Source: Tubiluchus corallicola (taxonomy: Eukaryota > Animalia > Priapulida). From it: DNA of 64,000 nucleotides. Below are positions 50,396 through 63,189 of this stretch, in pieces. The notes under the pieces were generated by a model. It worked only from the letters and a program-made list of their open reading frames with translations. It was not told the DNA's origin and ran no database searches. The position numbers and the translations under genes were made by a program. How positions within the stretch are numbered: the stretch's first letter is position 1; each line of letters starts with the position of its first letter. The stretch spans positions 1 through 64,000 of the forward strand of contig JAQGDQ010000604.1 of NCBI GenBank assembly GCA_030141605.1, written 5' to 3'.

Positions 50396-51340
50396 AAAGT
50401 AATGCTGTTATACAGAAAATTTCAGGCACGGTAGTAACAGCCATGCACACAATGTGCACGTAATGCGTGATGCATATTGCCTAGTTTCGTGTATCTATGG
50501 GCATGAACGCTATGTGTATTAACAAAGCTCACGGCGCTATTTCCAAAATTTCTGATTACTGTTCGCGAAATGTGAAAGTAATAATTTATGGAAGCCAAGT
50601 CTCTGTTAAAAAAAATTCAGTGCAACAGTGATCAAAATATAACCATAGCTGGTTTCATTAGCTTGTCGTTGTACTATTCGACGGAAAAATTCAGTAGAAA
50701 GCACGGGTTTCATGTGCATAACATTTTTGCATGGAAGAGAATGATACGACGTGCATCACCACTTAGTGAAGACAAGTCACAGTCATTTAGTCATTTAGTC
50801 ATTCAGTCATTTAGTCCATAGTCATTCAGCATGTTGGATTGATTTTACTGTTATGAATTAAACTTAGAAAAAATGTAACAAAGAAATTTGCAAGAAAACA
50901 CACACATATCTCGGTTTGCCAGACAAAAGTGGGGAGACATCGGTCCAATTTGCCAGTTGTCCGTATTACTTACCGATACTAAGCAAATACAGTAGGCGTC
51001 ATGTATTAGACTCACAGTAATATAGAATCAATCGCCTAATTATCTCAAAAACGTCTAGTACGGGCCGCTCCTGATATACAAACTACACACGCGTCGTCAC
51101 ACGACTGTGTATACGCCCTCAATCAATGAGAAAAACAGCTAGAATCAGACAATGACTGGAAGTAATTTTCCAAAGGATCACAAATCAGACTTGGCATTGT
51201 CTAATTTCAAAGTCCCTTAGCATAAACTCCCTCACCACTCCCTCAGCCCGTACACAGCATCCTAAACTTCTTTAAAATTCATACTACCCGAATAACTTGA
51301 TTCTCGAAACTACAAAAAAAAACCTGGCATATAATTCTAC

Positions 51341-51510
51341 CTCTAAACTGTTCACATACAACAGCGACGACATGAAACTTCTCTGGCACACTTCGTTAGC
51401 TTCAATCCAACTTTTCCTCTCGTTTTCGTAAAAGCTGTAACAGTGCGATCCGTGTTTGACTCCCTCGGGCTGTTCACATGACTGCAAAATAGACGTGCCA
51501 CAATAGCCAC
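51341..51510 (-). CDS. CTLD membrane protein exon (lectin domain, N-terminal half)
   Basis: GYCGTSILQSCEQPEGVKHGSHCYSFYENERKSWIEANEVCQRSFMSSLLYVNSLE fits the long-form CTLD pattern C...CY.F......W..A...C. Confidence 0.92.
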
Positions 51511-51687
51511 CTAAATGGGGTAAAAGACGCAAAGAAACTCTTTAAAATTTACAGAAGACAGTTATTTCTTTGGCAGAAAAATTTTGTTAACAGGAAAATT
51601 TAACAGTGACATTTTAAAAAGTAAACTCGACCTCACAATGTCATTGCTCATGCAGTTCAACAATTGTTAGGAAATCCCGGAGTGTCA

Positions 51688-51890
51688 CATAGTTTGACCA
51701 GTGCAGTCATCACAAACGCTACAAGTATATAGTTTGACCAGTGCACTTATCACAAACGGCACAAGTATATAGTTTGACCAGTGCAGTTATCACAAATGGC
51801 GCAAGTATATAGTTTGACCAGTGCAGTTATCACAAACGGCACAAGTATATAGCATGACCAGTGCAGTTATCACAAATGGCACAAGTATAT
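51688..51890. repeat. 40-bp tandem repeat x5
   Basis: Unit ATAGTTTGACCAGTGCAGTTATCACAAAYGGCACAAGTAT. Confidence 0.95.
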
Positions 51891-52027
51891 ACTCTTGTGA
51901 ACCACGCTTTATCCTGGCAATGACGAAAGTTGGTCTCAAACCTTAATGCATGACGATAACCTAATGGTAAATTTCTAAAGAATAATAGTGAACTCTGTGG
52001 AAATAAATTCAAATTTACAAAGCAAAC

Positions 52028-53012
52028 TTAAAGGGAAAGAAAAACTAATTTTAAAGTATATATAACAGGCCTGCTTACCTATTTGAAAGATTTATGTAAT
52101 TAGAAAGGAAAACTCTTAATAATTTAAAATATTTGCACCACGTGGTAAAACATTATTGATTCACCTTCCCAGCATGCACCACTTGCTCACCAAAAAACTC
52201 TATTTCTAATCTCATTAAAAAGTTACTGTAATTTACACTTTTGCTTAGTCAGTGACGTGTGCACTACGAATGCTCTGATTACTTTTTCAAACTTCACGCA
52301 ATGTTATCTAAACTGGTTTCAAATGACCTACCATCAAAATAGCTGCACCTGACGGTCATCGCGGGACTCGTAAATTTACAAGTTTTGCACAGTGTTGCTG
52401 CCAATACAAGCTCTGCATGCAAGAAGCTGGCATGTAAGTGATGCAAAATTTCGAGACAATTTTTTCCAGCTTTATCTAAGTCAGGAGTGTGCAAATTGCG
52501 GCCCGCGGGCCACTTGCGGCCCGCCGAGAGCATTTGTGCGACCCGCAAAGAGATTTGTCAACCTAATGAAAGTGCGGCCCGGGGAATTAATTAAGTACAT
52601 CCAGCTGAAGTCTGTGCCACGATCCCAAAGATAGTGCAGGTAGTTTTTTCTGCTAGATCGGATGCCATTAACCCTTACAAGACGGTTGTAGCTTAATGTC
52701 ACTGTACTACGCAGACTGTGTGACACACATTACTAATATGCATTGCACTGAAATTACCACTATCTGTCCTGAAAGTAGAAATATATGATTTGTAATATAA
52801 ATTTTAATAACTTCTAAAATAGTTTCTTGAGTGTAGTAGTAATGATGTACGCAGGTCGGATGCAAAAAAAATCGTTATTAGGCCTTTCTGTACTTGGCTC
52901 CTTGATCAAACTGCCTGTGGCCCACAGGAATTACGGGAATGTTGAATGTGGCCCGGCTAGTCAGATAATTTGCACACCCCTGATCTAAGTAAAGGGTTTT
53001 CTTGTGCTTTAA
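52028..53012 (+). mobile_element. Kolobok-like family D copy with nested hAT MITE
   Basis: TTAA at both ends; imperfect TIRs AGGGAAAGAAAA / TTTTCTTGTGCT. Confidence 0.75.
52482..52982. mobile_element. hAT (Charlie-like) MITE
   Basis: CAGGAGTGTGCAAAT...ATTTGCACACCCCTG, GCGGCCCGCGGGCC subterminal motif, perfect 8-bp TSD ATCTAAGT. Confidence 0.92.
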
Positions 53013-53083
53013 CAAATGAACTAATTTCAAACAAATAAACACATTTTCTATCTGGTATCGCGCTTGCGTTGTCCATTACTTAC

Positions 53084-53194
53084 CAGTTTCACAAACAAAC
53101 TGGATTGTGACTTCCACGGCAAACAACAACACGACGAAGAACACGGCGGCGGTTATGAACGACGGACACGGCTTGCCTCCCAACACGATGCCCT
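53084..53194 (-). CDS. CTLD membrane protein exon (pre-lectin hydrophobic helix)
   Basis: GIVLGGKPCPSFITAAVFFVVLLFAVEVTIQFVCET; tttag|...|gtaagt; phase 1 at both ends. Confidence 0.82.
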
Positions 53195-53782
53195 CTAAAC
53201 ACAAATCAAACAATCGTGAACATTAAAATCAATAATCCCGGTAGAGGCGCTTGTAAAAGAAGCCCATATCACCGTGAAGCCCAGGTTCACCTCTTTTCAA
53301 ACAGCTACAAAGTTCCATCCCCACAGAGCACCACACTCATTTTTTCTACACGGTGTTCTGCCAATGAACAAAAAAATGGTCATTTTTGGAAATCTACTCA
53401 ATGGTCAGGTGCCTAATCAAATCAGATGTGGCGGCGAGAACCGGAATCTGCTCAATACCAAGATGAGCCACTGAACTAGCAGATGTAATATGCCTTCCTG
53501 ACTCCAAACTTTAAATTACAATGGTCAGGCTATGCACTACAAAATTTTGAGATTTCTGTGATGGGAAAAAATACTTGATTACCTGCACTGCATTTCCACC
53601 TGGATGCACAGGATTTCCTCTTAAATGCAAGAAATGCTTCCCGGAGGCCAATTATTATCCCAAAGATAAGAATAGCCACACACGTCTGACAGATTGTGTT
53701 CGGGAGTTCTCTGTCTGGCTTACCGTCCGCTTGTTCTATACACATTCCACTAACTGCAAACAAGTCATTAAGCAAGTAAATA

Positions 53783-54571
53783 CAGGGTTGTCCAGAAAAA
53801 ATGTTCCGCCAAACTGCCCTGGTAAAGGCATTTGTAAAGCGAGCCACATCGCCTTGTAGCCTGGTTTCTCTTCTCTTTCCAAAGAGTTATAAAATTTCCC
53901 TCCTAGATCCAGTCAAGTGCTGAGAGGACGTTCTTCTACACGTTGCTATAGCAACGAGCAAGAACGGTCATTTCTGGAGGTCCTTCCTAGAAAAACCTGG
54001 TGTAGAAAAAATATCCTAGCAGCACTTAGTGGGGTCTTGTGAGGAAATTCATAGCTTTGGAATAGGAGTGAGCATCGAATGTTAGAATTCGATTCAAACG
54101 AGTTTTTTACTTTGAATTCGATTCGAACAAAGAATTATAGATTTGAATAATTCAGCACTTCAGCCACAGATATTCTTTACCATTAAAATGTTTGAAACAT
54201 CACGCAATTAGCACAATTTAGCTGCAGTTTCTGTGCAAAATTTTTAACAACTAATAGAGATTTTACTGCAGTACAAAGTCAAGTAATATGCAAGATCTTT
54301 GTAAGACCACGTTTTACTATCGATTTGAAAACTTCTTCGAAAATCTCTCGAACTCAATTCGAGTTAGATTTGGATTTGAACTACTGAACTTCGGTTCGAT
54401 TCGGATTCGAATGTCACAAATTCGATTCAATTTTGCTTTCTGGTAGAGAATGCCCACCCCTACTTTGGAAAGGAGAAGCCGAGCCACGTGATAACGTGAG
54501 TCTCTCTTCCAAATGCTTCTGTCAAGGCTATGAGCTAGCTTGGTGGAACTTTAATTTTCAGGACAAATCCG
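53783..54571. mobile_element. Palindromic Tc1/mariner-like MITE with nested insertion
   Basis: TA|CAGGGTTGTCCAGAAAA...TTTTCAGGACAAATCCG|TA; degenerate internal dyad symmetry. Confidence 0.6.
54063..54462. mobile_element. hAT-like MITE with TTCGA subrepeats
   Basis: TAGGAGTGAGCAT...ATGCCCACCCCTA; perfect 8-bp TSD CTTTGGAA. Confidence 0.88.
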
Positions 54572-55359
54572 TACATAATATTTACGTCGGTAGATAAACT
54601 AATCAATAACTGATCAATAACTAATCAATAGTAATAACTGATTAACTTGAAGTCTTAATAAGTTGAATAGACAAAAGTCTAAACATCAGGTGAAATGGTT
54701 GTTCTACTACTCCCAGATTCCACTGAAATCTGTCAAGCCACATGCGCAAAGCATTACAGATACTTTTAAACACACGAAGTCACCATGTACGGAGTGCATT
54801 GCTTCGCATTTATAATTAAAAATCTATTATATGAATTTGAATTTAACCTTTTATTTCACACTCAAGGTGTAGGGTATAGCACACAGAATCACACACAAAT
54901 TAGAAACACTGTTTACAAACATACACAAAAAATATTGAACTATCTATAACCTAATTCCCTACCATGTAAATAAAATAAAAATAATAATCATGTATAATCG
55001 CCATTTAGCACGCGTACTTGATGTTTACCTAATATCACTGTTACACAGCTGATTCAAAATGGCATTACTACTGTTTATTATCCTTATATACAGGCTAAAT
55101 TCATATTTTCTTCTAACAAAATCAATGTATTTTAAATTGTAGGACACACAAAATTGTCTTGCACTAAAGTCGAACAGATTAGCTATTTGGTGCATCTTTG
55201 TCTGTGTAACACATTGCTCAACACCTCAATTACCTGTTGCTTTTCCATTACCATCCCTCTCTTTACCTCTTTATCTCCGACCCTTTGTCTCTTCTTTCCA
55301 AGGTGGCCTTGGCAAAATGCGGCAGTGTCGCCATGCCACTGTCATCTCAGTCTAACTTT

Positions 55360-55365
<6 letters not shown>

Positions 55366-55421
<56 letters not shown>

Positions 55422-56268
55422 ATTCTTTATTTTTAAAAATTATGTACAGCATACATTCCCTCTATTTGTAGGGATATGTTTAAAATTTCTAAAAACATTT
55501 ACAACGTATTAAACATATTCACATACATATATATATAATTTAGAATCTAACGCATGAGACACATTGAACAACAATGATCATATACAATAGACATAGTTAC
55601 AGATTACAATCCAACACTACATACATACATAATAAAAGATAAAGAACATATTTTAATACTTGGTAACAAAAATTTACACACATTATACACAATGAAAAAC
55701 AGTGAGTACAATTATAATAAACATAATTACCAATTCTAATGCAAATTCACATAATCATAAATAAAAACAAAACAGCATATAGAAAACACGACGAGAGTTG
55801 TAAAATTTCATCACCAACAGTCTGTTTATATACGGGCTAAAGACGATAGAAATTCATCCAAGATAAGATTTGCAAAAGCATTTATAGCATTATTATCCTG
55901 GCTAGAGAAAACATAGTCCGAATCTAACGTAGCCAGATTATGTATTATCAAATCATACATAAAGACATAGGCATATACTTAGAAACAATTTTTTTACTTT
56001 AGCTATGTCTAGTCGGAGAAGAAGTAACAACTCACTTAAATTGTATGTCAAACGACTTGCTAAAAATAACTATAACCATGAATACTTGGTCATTTTTGTC
56101 TAAGAAGGTTGTTCACATTTGGAACAGTTTACCAGAAGTTGTAAATGATGCACCATTGGTAAAAGCTCGAAATGCAATCATTTTAACCGTGATTAAATTA
56201 TGCAGAGTTATTTGAGTCAATTACCGATAGTTTTTATGTACATTTGAATAGAAGCAATCCGTTCCAGG
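55366..56268 (-). mobile_element. Degenerate CR1/L2-like LINE fragment with (TAA)n tail
   Basis: (ATT)n at 55362-55420; minus-strand remnants VIFSKSFD (RT DFSKAFD-like) and IIHNLATLD; 29-bp direct repeats at 55337-55365 and 56269-56297. Confidence 0.65.
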
Positions 56269-56455
56269 CACTGTAATCTCAGTCTAACTTTTCATTAGTA
56301 AGCAGTATTATTCTGCAATATCATGCGCATTTCTAACACAGACTCTATGTAAGTTTACGGCCGGTGCGAGAATAAATAAACTTAAAAAAAAACTACTATT
56401 TCGCAACAGCACCAGAATTTGATCCAGCTACTGAACTCATGCAAGATTTATGTAC

Positions 56456-56611
56456 CGTATTGGCACTGACCACGACGACAAATCAGCTGAGGTGCAAAAT
56501 GGAGCAGGTAGAAAATCAACAGTCCCGAGATGAAGACAAGAGCTAGCAGCAGGAAAACGGCTCCGATCAGTAAAAACGGCGCCATCAAGATCAGGAATAT
56601 CAACCTGGAAT
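56456..56611 (-). CDS. CTLD membrane protein exon (long hydrophobic segment); donor at 56456 or 56471
   Basis: SRLIFLILMAPFLLIGAVFLLLALVFISGLLIFYLLHFAPQLICRR(GQCQY); both candidate donors are phase 1. Confidence 0.75.
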
Positions 56612-56837
56612 CTGTTAAAAAAACTTCTTATTACGATTAAGTCGTTTTATACACTTTACACAACATTGCTGCCAATGCAAGCCTGGTGGGCAATAAGACA
56701 GTATTGTAAGTAATACAAAATTTCAAGAATTTTTTTTTGAAAATATTTATGAAGAGTGTTTCCTTGTGCTTTACCTGTGCAAAACTTGAAGATACTGACA
56801 ATAGTTTAGATAAATAAATATTATTTCGTTAATAAAT

Positions 56838-57892
56838 TAACTAGCAAAGGCCCCACAAAAAATTTTGCATATAAATACACTTATAATGAAAAATACACGA
56901 ACATCCTACGTACTCCTCATTTATAATGGAAAGAGAGCAGCAGCTTTTACTGAATTAAAGTTATAAGGTTATAGACAAAGTATAATGGATGACGTCAGAA
57001 CAATGGCTTTGCTTCAGCAGTTTTCCAACCGAAAATTGCCTAAAATGGAACATCTAATTAACTCGTCGCGACTCTTCTTGGTGGACGCGTCCTAAAATAT
57101 GGCCCACGCGATCATATAGCCCTGTTCTTCCTCTTTCTAAAAAGCTATATATCTCCTTCCAAGAGTCCCACCGAATGCCACTAGAATGTTTTTACTACAG
57201 GCCATTTGGCGAAAATTTAGAAAAAATTGGGAGTTGTGTCTGGGAAAATGCCCGTAGTGGGCATTGGTGGCCCTCCAGTGACTATTATGGGTATTACACC
57301 CACCGTTGAACGGGCTATTCAATCATTACCAGCACGACCCGCGACCCATTGAGGATCTCTAGAAATAAGAGGTATAAGTTTTGCAAATTTTTCCAAAAAA
57401 CGGTCAAAAAATGCCCATTTTTGGAGGTTTTTCGGCCCCCGTTCCTCTTGGTAGGCCCGATTCGAAAAATAAACCCCCAGGTGTGAACCCTTGGGTGGAG
57501 ACCTTTCGTTCGATGTATATATCGTCGAAAATGGTGCTGTCGTCAAAGCTGTAGCCTTGTCAGTTACATATATATATATATATATATATACACAAAAGTG
57601 AAATTAACATATAGACTAGAACGGCTATCTGTCAATAGCCAGCACTGCCCATAGCCCATTTCCATTCTCCAGATATAAGAGGTATAAAAAAACGGCCGAA
57701 AAATGGCCATTTTTGGAGGTTTTCCGCCTCCCGTTCGTCCCGGTGGGCCAGATTTGAAAAATAAACCCTCAATCAAACCACACTAAATCGAGACCTTTTG
57801 TCTGATATATAGGTCGCCGCATGTGGTGCCGCCGTCGAAGCTTATATATACATACATATAAATAATCATAATTTATTTAAGTGGATTATAAC

Positions 57893-57969
<77 letters not shown>

Positions 57970-58060
57970 CACATGTTATATATATATACGTATATGTGTG
58001 TATATATATGTATTTATGTATGTATGTATGTATATATGTATATATATATATATATATATT
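56838..58060 (+). mobile_element. Two adjacent Helentron/DINE-like non-autonomous elements with (AT)n tracts
   Basis: ACTAG starts at about 56840 and 57615; duplicated core ATAAGAGGTATAA...CCATTTTTGGAGG...GAAAAATAAACCC...GAGACCTTT; each copy ends in an (AT)n microsatellite. Confidence 0.5.
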
Positions 58061-60511
58061 ATTTAAAGTGGATTAACAAAACAGTTACAATTGATACAAG
58101 TTTCTCTACGTGAAAGTGAGTCAGTGCATTACAACACTAGTGCCAATCTAACAATTGATAAGATTTTCAAAGCAAATAACATCAATTAGACATACATATT
58201 TCACTTTCAATTAGGCATAACATTTATCGCCTGGGTACTAAAGAATGCAAAAAAATCATCTCAACTAAACAATACATGAGTTCATGTCAAAATTTAGTAT
58301 CCTATAATTTAGCATGTGAAACATGAACATTTGGAAAAAAGACATTTCATGGCGACTAAAAATCTTCCACTATAAAAAGTTATCAAAAACAGTTTCAATC
58401 ACAAACCTATTCATTTCATTGTCATTTAATTGCACAATCAAATGAAATGTGTTCGTTTCGAAAGCGTACAAACAGTCACGAAAACTAAAAAAAGACAAAA
58501 TTACTAGCGTGTTCAGCCAACAACAATTTCCCCACAAAAAAATTGTGACATGCCCTGGAGCAAAGTAAGGGCTGTAGATAAAGATCTTAATTTCCACTGT
58601 GGATGGTTACACTCACTAGTACATATATAGCTACAGGAAAATGATTACAACCAGAAAGAACTGGTTACACCTAAAATGCTGGCAAAATAAATAAAGGAAC
58701 TTCTCAAGGAAAGATTAGATTACAAAAAAATCAAGGTTAAATGATTTAATTTCTTGAGTATACATGCACGACTGGAAATTTCTGCTTAATTATTAGTAGA
58801 ACGTACAGTAATCAACAACTATATGATTAGACAACATCTATATAATTTCCATGAATTTTAAAATGCTCATTATGTTTATTGTAAACACCGGGCAGGTCGA
58901 ATTATAATAATTACACAGGAAATATATCTTCAAGAAATGGGTAAACATAGTAAAACTCGGTTTAGCAAACATTAGACAAATAACATTCTAAAACTTCTTA
59001 TCTCTACTTCCATTAACGTGTGTCATTCAAGTGTCCTATAATCTTCTTAGTTTAAAGCGGAAACCAGTTTACAATGCTTTCACTTTTATCAAAATAATGT
59101 CATTATGCAAAACATATTATCGTTTGCTGCTCGGACCACCATTTACTAGGATTACTTTACTTAAAAATCTTTACTTAGTTAGCTAGGATATAGCTAATAA
59201 TTTTAGACTATGGACAAACTTTCAATAATCGGTGCACAAGATTCGGGTTTGCCGAAAATAACCACAGTATCAATTATGCTGTATGTCTGACACCTTGAAG
59301 ACTTTGACCTTTGACACGAGGTCATTCTTGTTGGCCAAATTCGGTTCACAAATTCTCATTTCTCATGGTCAAACCAGGTCAAACATTTTCACATGAAATT
59401 TCCTTCAACAAATGCTGACATTTTTCGCCTCATTTGGCAATTTCTGGGATAAACACATTTAACTTTATCCTCAGAGTTATTTCAGGCCACGACACAAAAG
59501 CTCTCATCATAATCAAGTCTGCACACATGACATTTTGCGGGGCAAACCACCCTCTATAAAATCATAGTTGCAAATGTTTGAATCCTTGAACTGGCCTTCT
59601 CTGGGGAAGGTAGTAAAACATTTCTGCTAATGTTGGATTACCAGTAGATGGCGGGTCCCTCTAATTCACCACATGAAGGTGACTCGGATTCTCCTACCCA
59701 CCATCATGGATCCTCCCAAGGAAGGATCGTTGTAGCCCAAAAGTTGCCACCCATCATCTAACATCTACACTTCACATATTGTGGGACAAATCCTGCTTTT
59801 AAAACACTATAGTTGCAACTCTTCAAATGCTACGCCCATTTCCATTTTGAAAAAGGTGGTAAATTCTTTTTTGCGTACGCTAGATTGTCAATAGATGTCA
59901 ACAGGTCACTCACATTGGGCTAACTTGGATCCTCCTGCTATGTGTATCCCTGCTTGTGCAGGTCTCGAAAAATTTCTACCTCTGAATATTTCCCCCTGAT
60001 ATGGTTATGCCCTCGGGAGAACCTTCGATCTTGACTATCATTTTGTCTCAGAGTTACCCCATTACAAAAATCTCAAGGATGTCCCAAACGACTTCGGTAC
60101 AAGGGGCTTAGAATGCGGATGGATGATTGACACTGTTTAAAGATGGAATGAGGTCCCTGGGTTTGGAAAGTAAGGAACTGAAAAATAAATAAAATGACCC
60201 TTGGATCTCCAGTTAATAAATAAATGTAAACAAATACGATATAAGCCCTTAACATAGATCTACGAGGAACCATTTTTGAAAGTAGATCCTGCGCTAAAAA
60301 GGGATGATCCTACAATATTAAAAAAAACAACGTCTGCTTTCATAGCTGCTTTCAACGCTAATATAACCCTATTATAAAGTTTTACAAAAATTCCAACTTC
60401 AAATTTCTTACCTGCCATACTATAATCGAATCAAAAGTACATACAACGTGTATTAAATACTTCGGAATCACAAAAGTGACAATGAATTTTCACACAGACG
60501 ATCTTAGTTAC

Positions 60512-60746
60512 CAGCAAAGCAGTAAAATTGCGGCATAACTGTGTGCAAAAAACTAGTAAACCCCGCACTGCAAACGAAACAAACGCGCAAGATGAAATCA
60601 GGAAACACAGCACTTACGGCGGCTTTCTGATATGTGTATGCAAATGTCACGCTCATTAGAATCACAAAGAACAGGTCCTGCAATCCTATCATAACAACGT
60701 AAAAGAGCACGAAATAATAAAAGTTACGGGTGAGAAAAACGGCTAC
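60512..60746 (-). CDS. Probable upstream hydrophobic exon of the CTLD membrane protein
   Basis: VAVFLTRNFYYFVLFYVVMIGLQDLFFVILMSVTFAYTYQKAAVSAVFPDFILRVCFVCSAGFTSFLHTVMPQFYCFA+G|gtaact gives the phase 1 needed by the next exon; an internal GTAAGT makes the boundary uncertain. Confidence 0.5.
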
Positions 60747-61499
60747 CTACCAGAATCAACATTTCTATCCAAGGTCGGCAGTTCGTCAATACTAACATTA
60801 AACCTATGACTACTGTTCACTTCCCTGGCGAAAGCGTATGCACTTGCTAGGCCTGCCATTTGACTCGCTGTCAAATAGACATTCTGGAAAAAACAGGAAA
60901 ACCATAAAGAAAATCGCAAGAGAAGAGCAAACTATCCAATTTATGTTTGCCTCAAGCATTAACAAAAATAATCGCATCTTTACAATGTAATATATTCATC
61001 TACATTGAAAGCTCGTCCACTGCAGATAAATATATTATTTGCAAAAAAGTTGGCATTAAGGGAGTTTGACATTATAAAGAGGTACATTAAGACATACATG
61101 TCTATGGAAATACAGAGATTTTGTTTTGCCAAAAAATTGAGTATTAAGTAAGGTTGGTATTAAAAAGACGGGGTTTGACCATAATTATTTTATGTATTTA
61201 CTATTTTAATCGTATATGTGTTCGGAATATTCCTAACAACACACACACATTAGTAAATTAGTTAAAAAACCAAAACAATAACAGAAACACCACTTACGTT
61301 AAACGCACAGTTAAAGTTGTATTAACAATGTAACACAGTTTTTTGTAATTTTACACTGATGGTCAGTATTAAATTTAAGGCTGCAGCACATTTCCTGTTT
61401 AGTATGTTTTAAAAGTTACATTGATGCATTGTACCGCATTAAAATACCACAACATAATGTTTCTTCTTCAAAATCTCATTCCACCTATTGTAGGCATTG

Positions 61500-62000
61500 A
61501 GGCATCAACATTTATCAGAGTATTCCACCCACTTCTATCTGCAGCTAACAGCGTAAGTTCTTCTAATCCTCAAGATAGATTTGGTTGAAGTTGTTGAACA
61601 TCTTTATTTATCTTAGCTATCCAAGTTGTTTTAGGTTTACCAAGTCGTTTTTGCAAGGTTTTAAGGCGATTCTTACTGGTACTTAATTTGGTAATCTTAG
61701 AATATGTCCTAACGACCTTAACCTTCGGATCTTGACTTTTAAACTTCAAAAATATTTCTTTTGTTCTGGTGTATAAATCTTCATTTTTGATTATGGCCAT
61801 CTTATTTTTAAAACTTTCCTAAGAAGACTTCTACAAAATGTGTCAATCTGCTCTTCTTGAGTAATCGTTAAACCCCAAGTTTCGCTGATGTACATAAATA
61901 TTCTAGAAACGTAAGCATTAAATAATCGAAATCGTAGGTTAAGATTTAATTTCTTGCTAGTTAATACATTCTTGTGCTGAAGAAAAGCATGCATTGCTTG
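61500..62000 (-). mobile_element. Frameshifted RTE-like LINE 3' fragment
   Basis: LRFRLFNAYVSRIFMYISETWGLT...FCRSLLRKVLKIRWP/IIKNEDLY...GKPKTTW...AADRSGW: typical post-RT motifs of RTE-type elements. Confidence 0.8.
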
Positions 62001-62499
62001 TTGCTTTTAATATCTTTTATATCTTACTAACTTAATGTTTACTTGACAAAAAATTGACATGCTAATTGGAGATCTGTTACCAATTTACATAGTCCCATGT
62101 TACATACATACTGCTTATACAGCTCTGAGATCAAGTCTGTTTACATTTGCTTTTTTCAATGTTTTTCATAACCAAAAGAGCATAAGAGCTACTGGCTGCT
62201 GCAACTGAATAATCGTAGTATGGAACGTAACAAAACTGAACAAAAATACTACGAAATACAAATACAGTGACTATAAATTACACAAACATATGCTCTTAGC
62301 ATAAGTTTTAAATTCTAAAATTTCAGCATTTTATGCTCAGTTGCCTGACCTTTTCACTGTCGTAGCAAAAAAGTAAGCTAATTAATTACATAGGTTCGTA
62401 ATAGACTTTATAGTTTTCAGTATTTCAAACCCTAACCTTGAACTACAGTCGCGTATGTTTAAACGAGCAAACATACGTACAAAAATTTGAAAGGAAGTC

Positions 62500-62756
62500 A
62501 GCTATACCTCGAAGGCATGTAACAGAGGTCAAAGAATTACTTTTCACTTAACTACACCTTCATTAGCAGGTAGCTTGTAAACTCAAGTTAGTTTCAAAAT
62601 TTAATGTGGATTTTCCATGTATTTCCAGCTATACCTCGAAGGCATGTAACAGAGGTCAAAGAATGACTTTTCACTAGTTAACTACACCTTCATTAGCAGG
62701 TAGCTTGTAAACTCAAGTTAGTTTCAAAATTTAATGTGGATTTTCCATGTATTTCC
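62500..62756. repeat. Near-perfect tandem duplication (~126 bp x2)
   Basis: CAGCTATACCTCGAAGG...TCCATGTATTTC repeated. Confidence 0.95.
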
Positions 62757-63189
62757 GCAAAAAAAAACTGCAAATTAACACACAATTTCCATATTCCGTT
62801 ACTTGTGTACAGTAGTAGCCAGAGCTACTTGCCAGTTGATGACTTTGACATTTTTTTATGACACAAAGCAAAAGAAATTATTGATCAGTTGTAAAGATAC
62901 AAATGGGTGAGTAATTTAAACATATTTGAGTTCATTTAGAAATACGACCATAATTCCACATAAATTTCACATCACGTTAACAGATTATACACAAAAGTAT
63001 TTTATAAAGCAGAAAAATGCACCAACTTATAGACTGTGCAATGTATAGCGTTAAAATAAATGAGCTCCATAGGATTAAAACATCTCGGTTACGCCTCTCC
63101 TCACATAACATAGCTATTGAGACTGGAAGATAACACTGAACTGAACTTTAACGATCAGCATGAATTTTTCAATGGAAACCCAATGTCGT

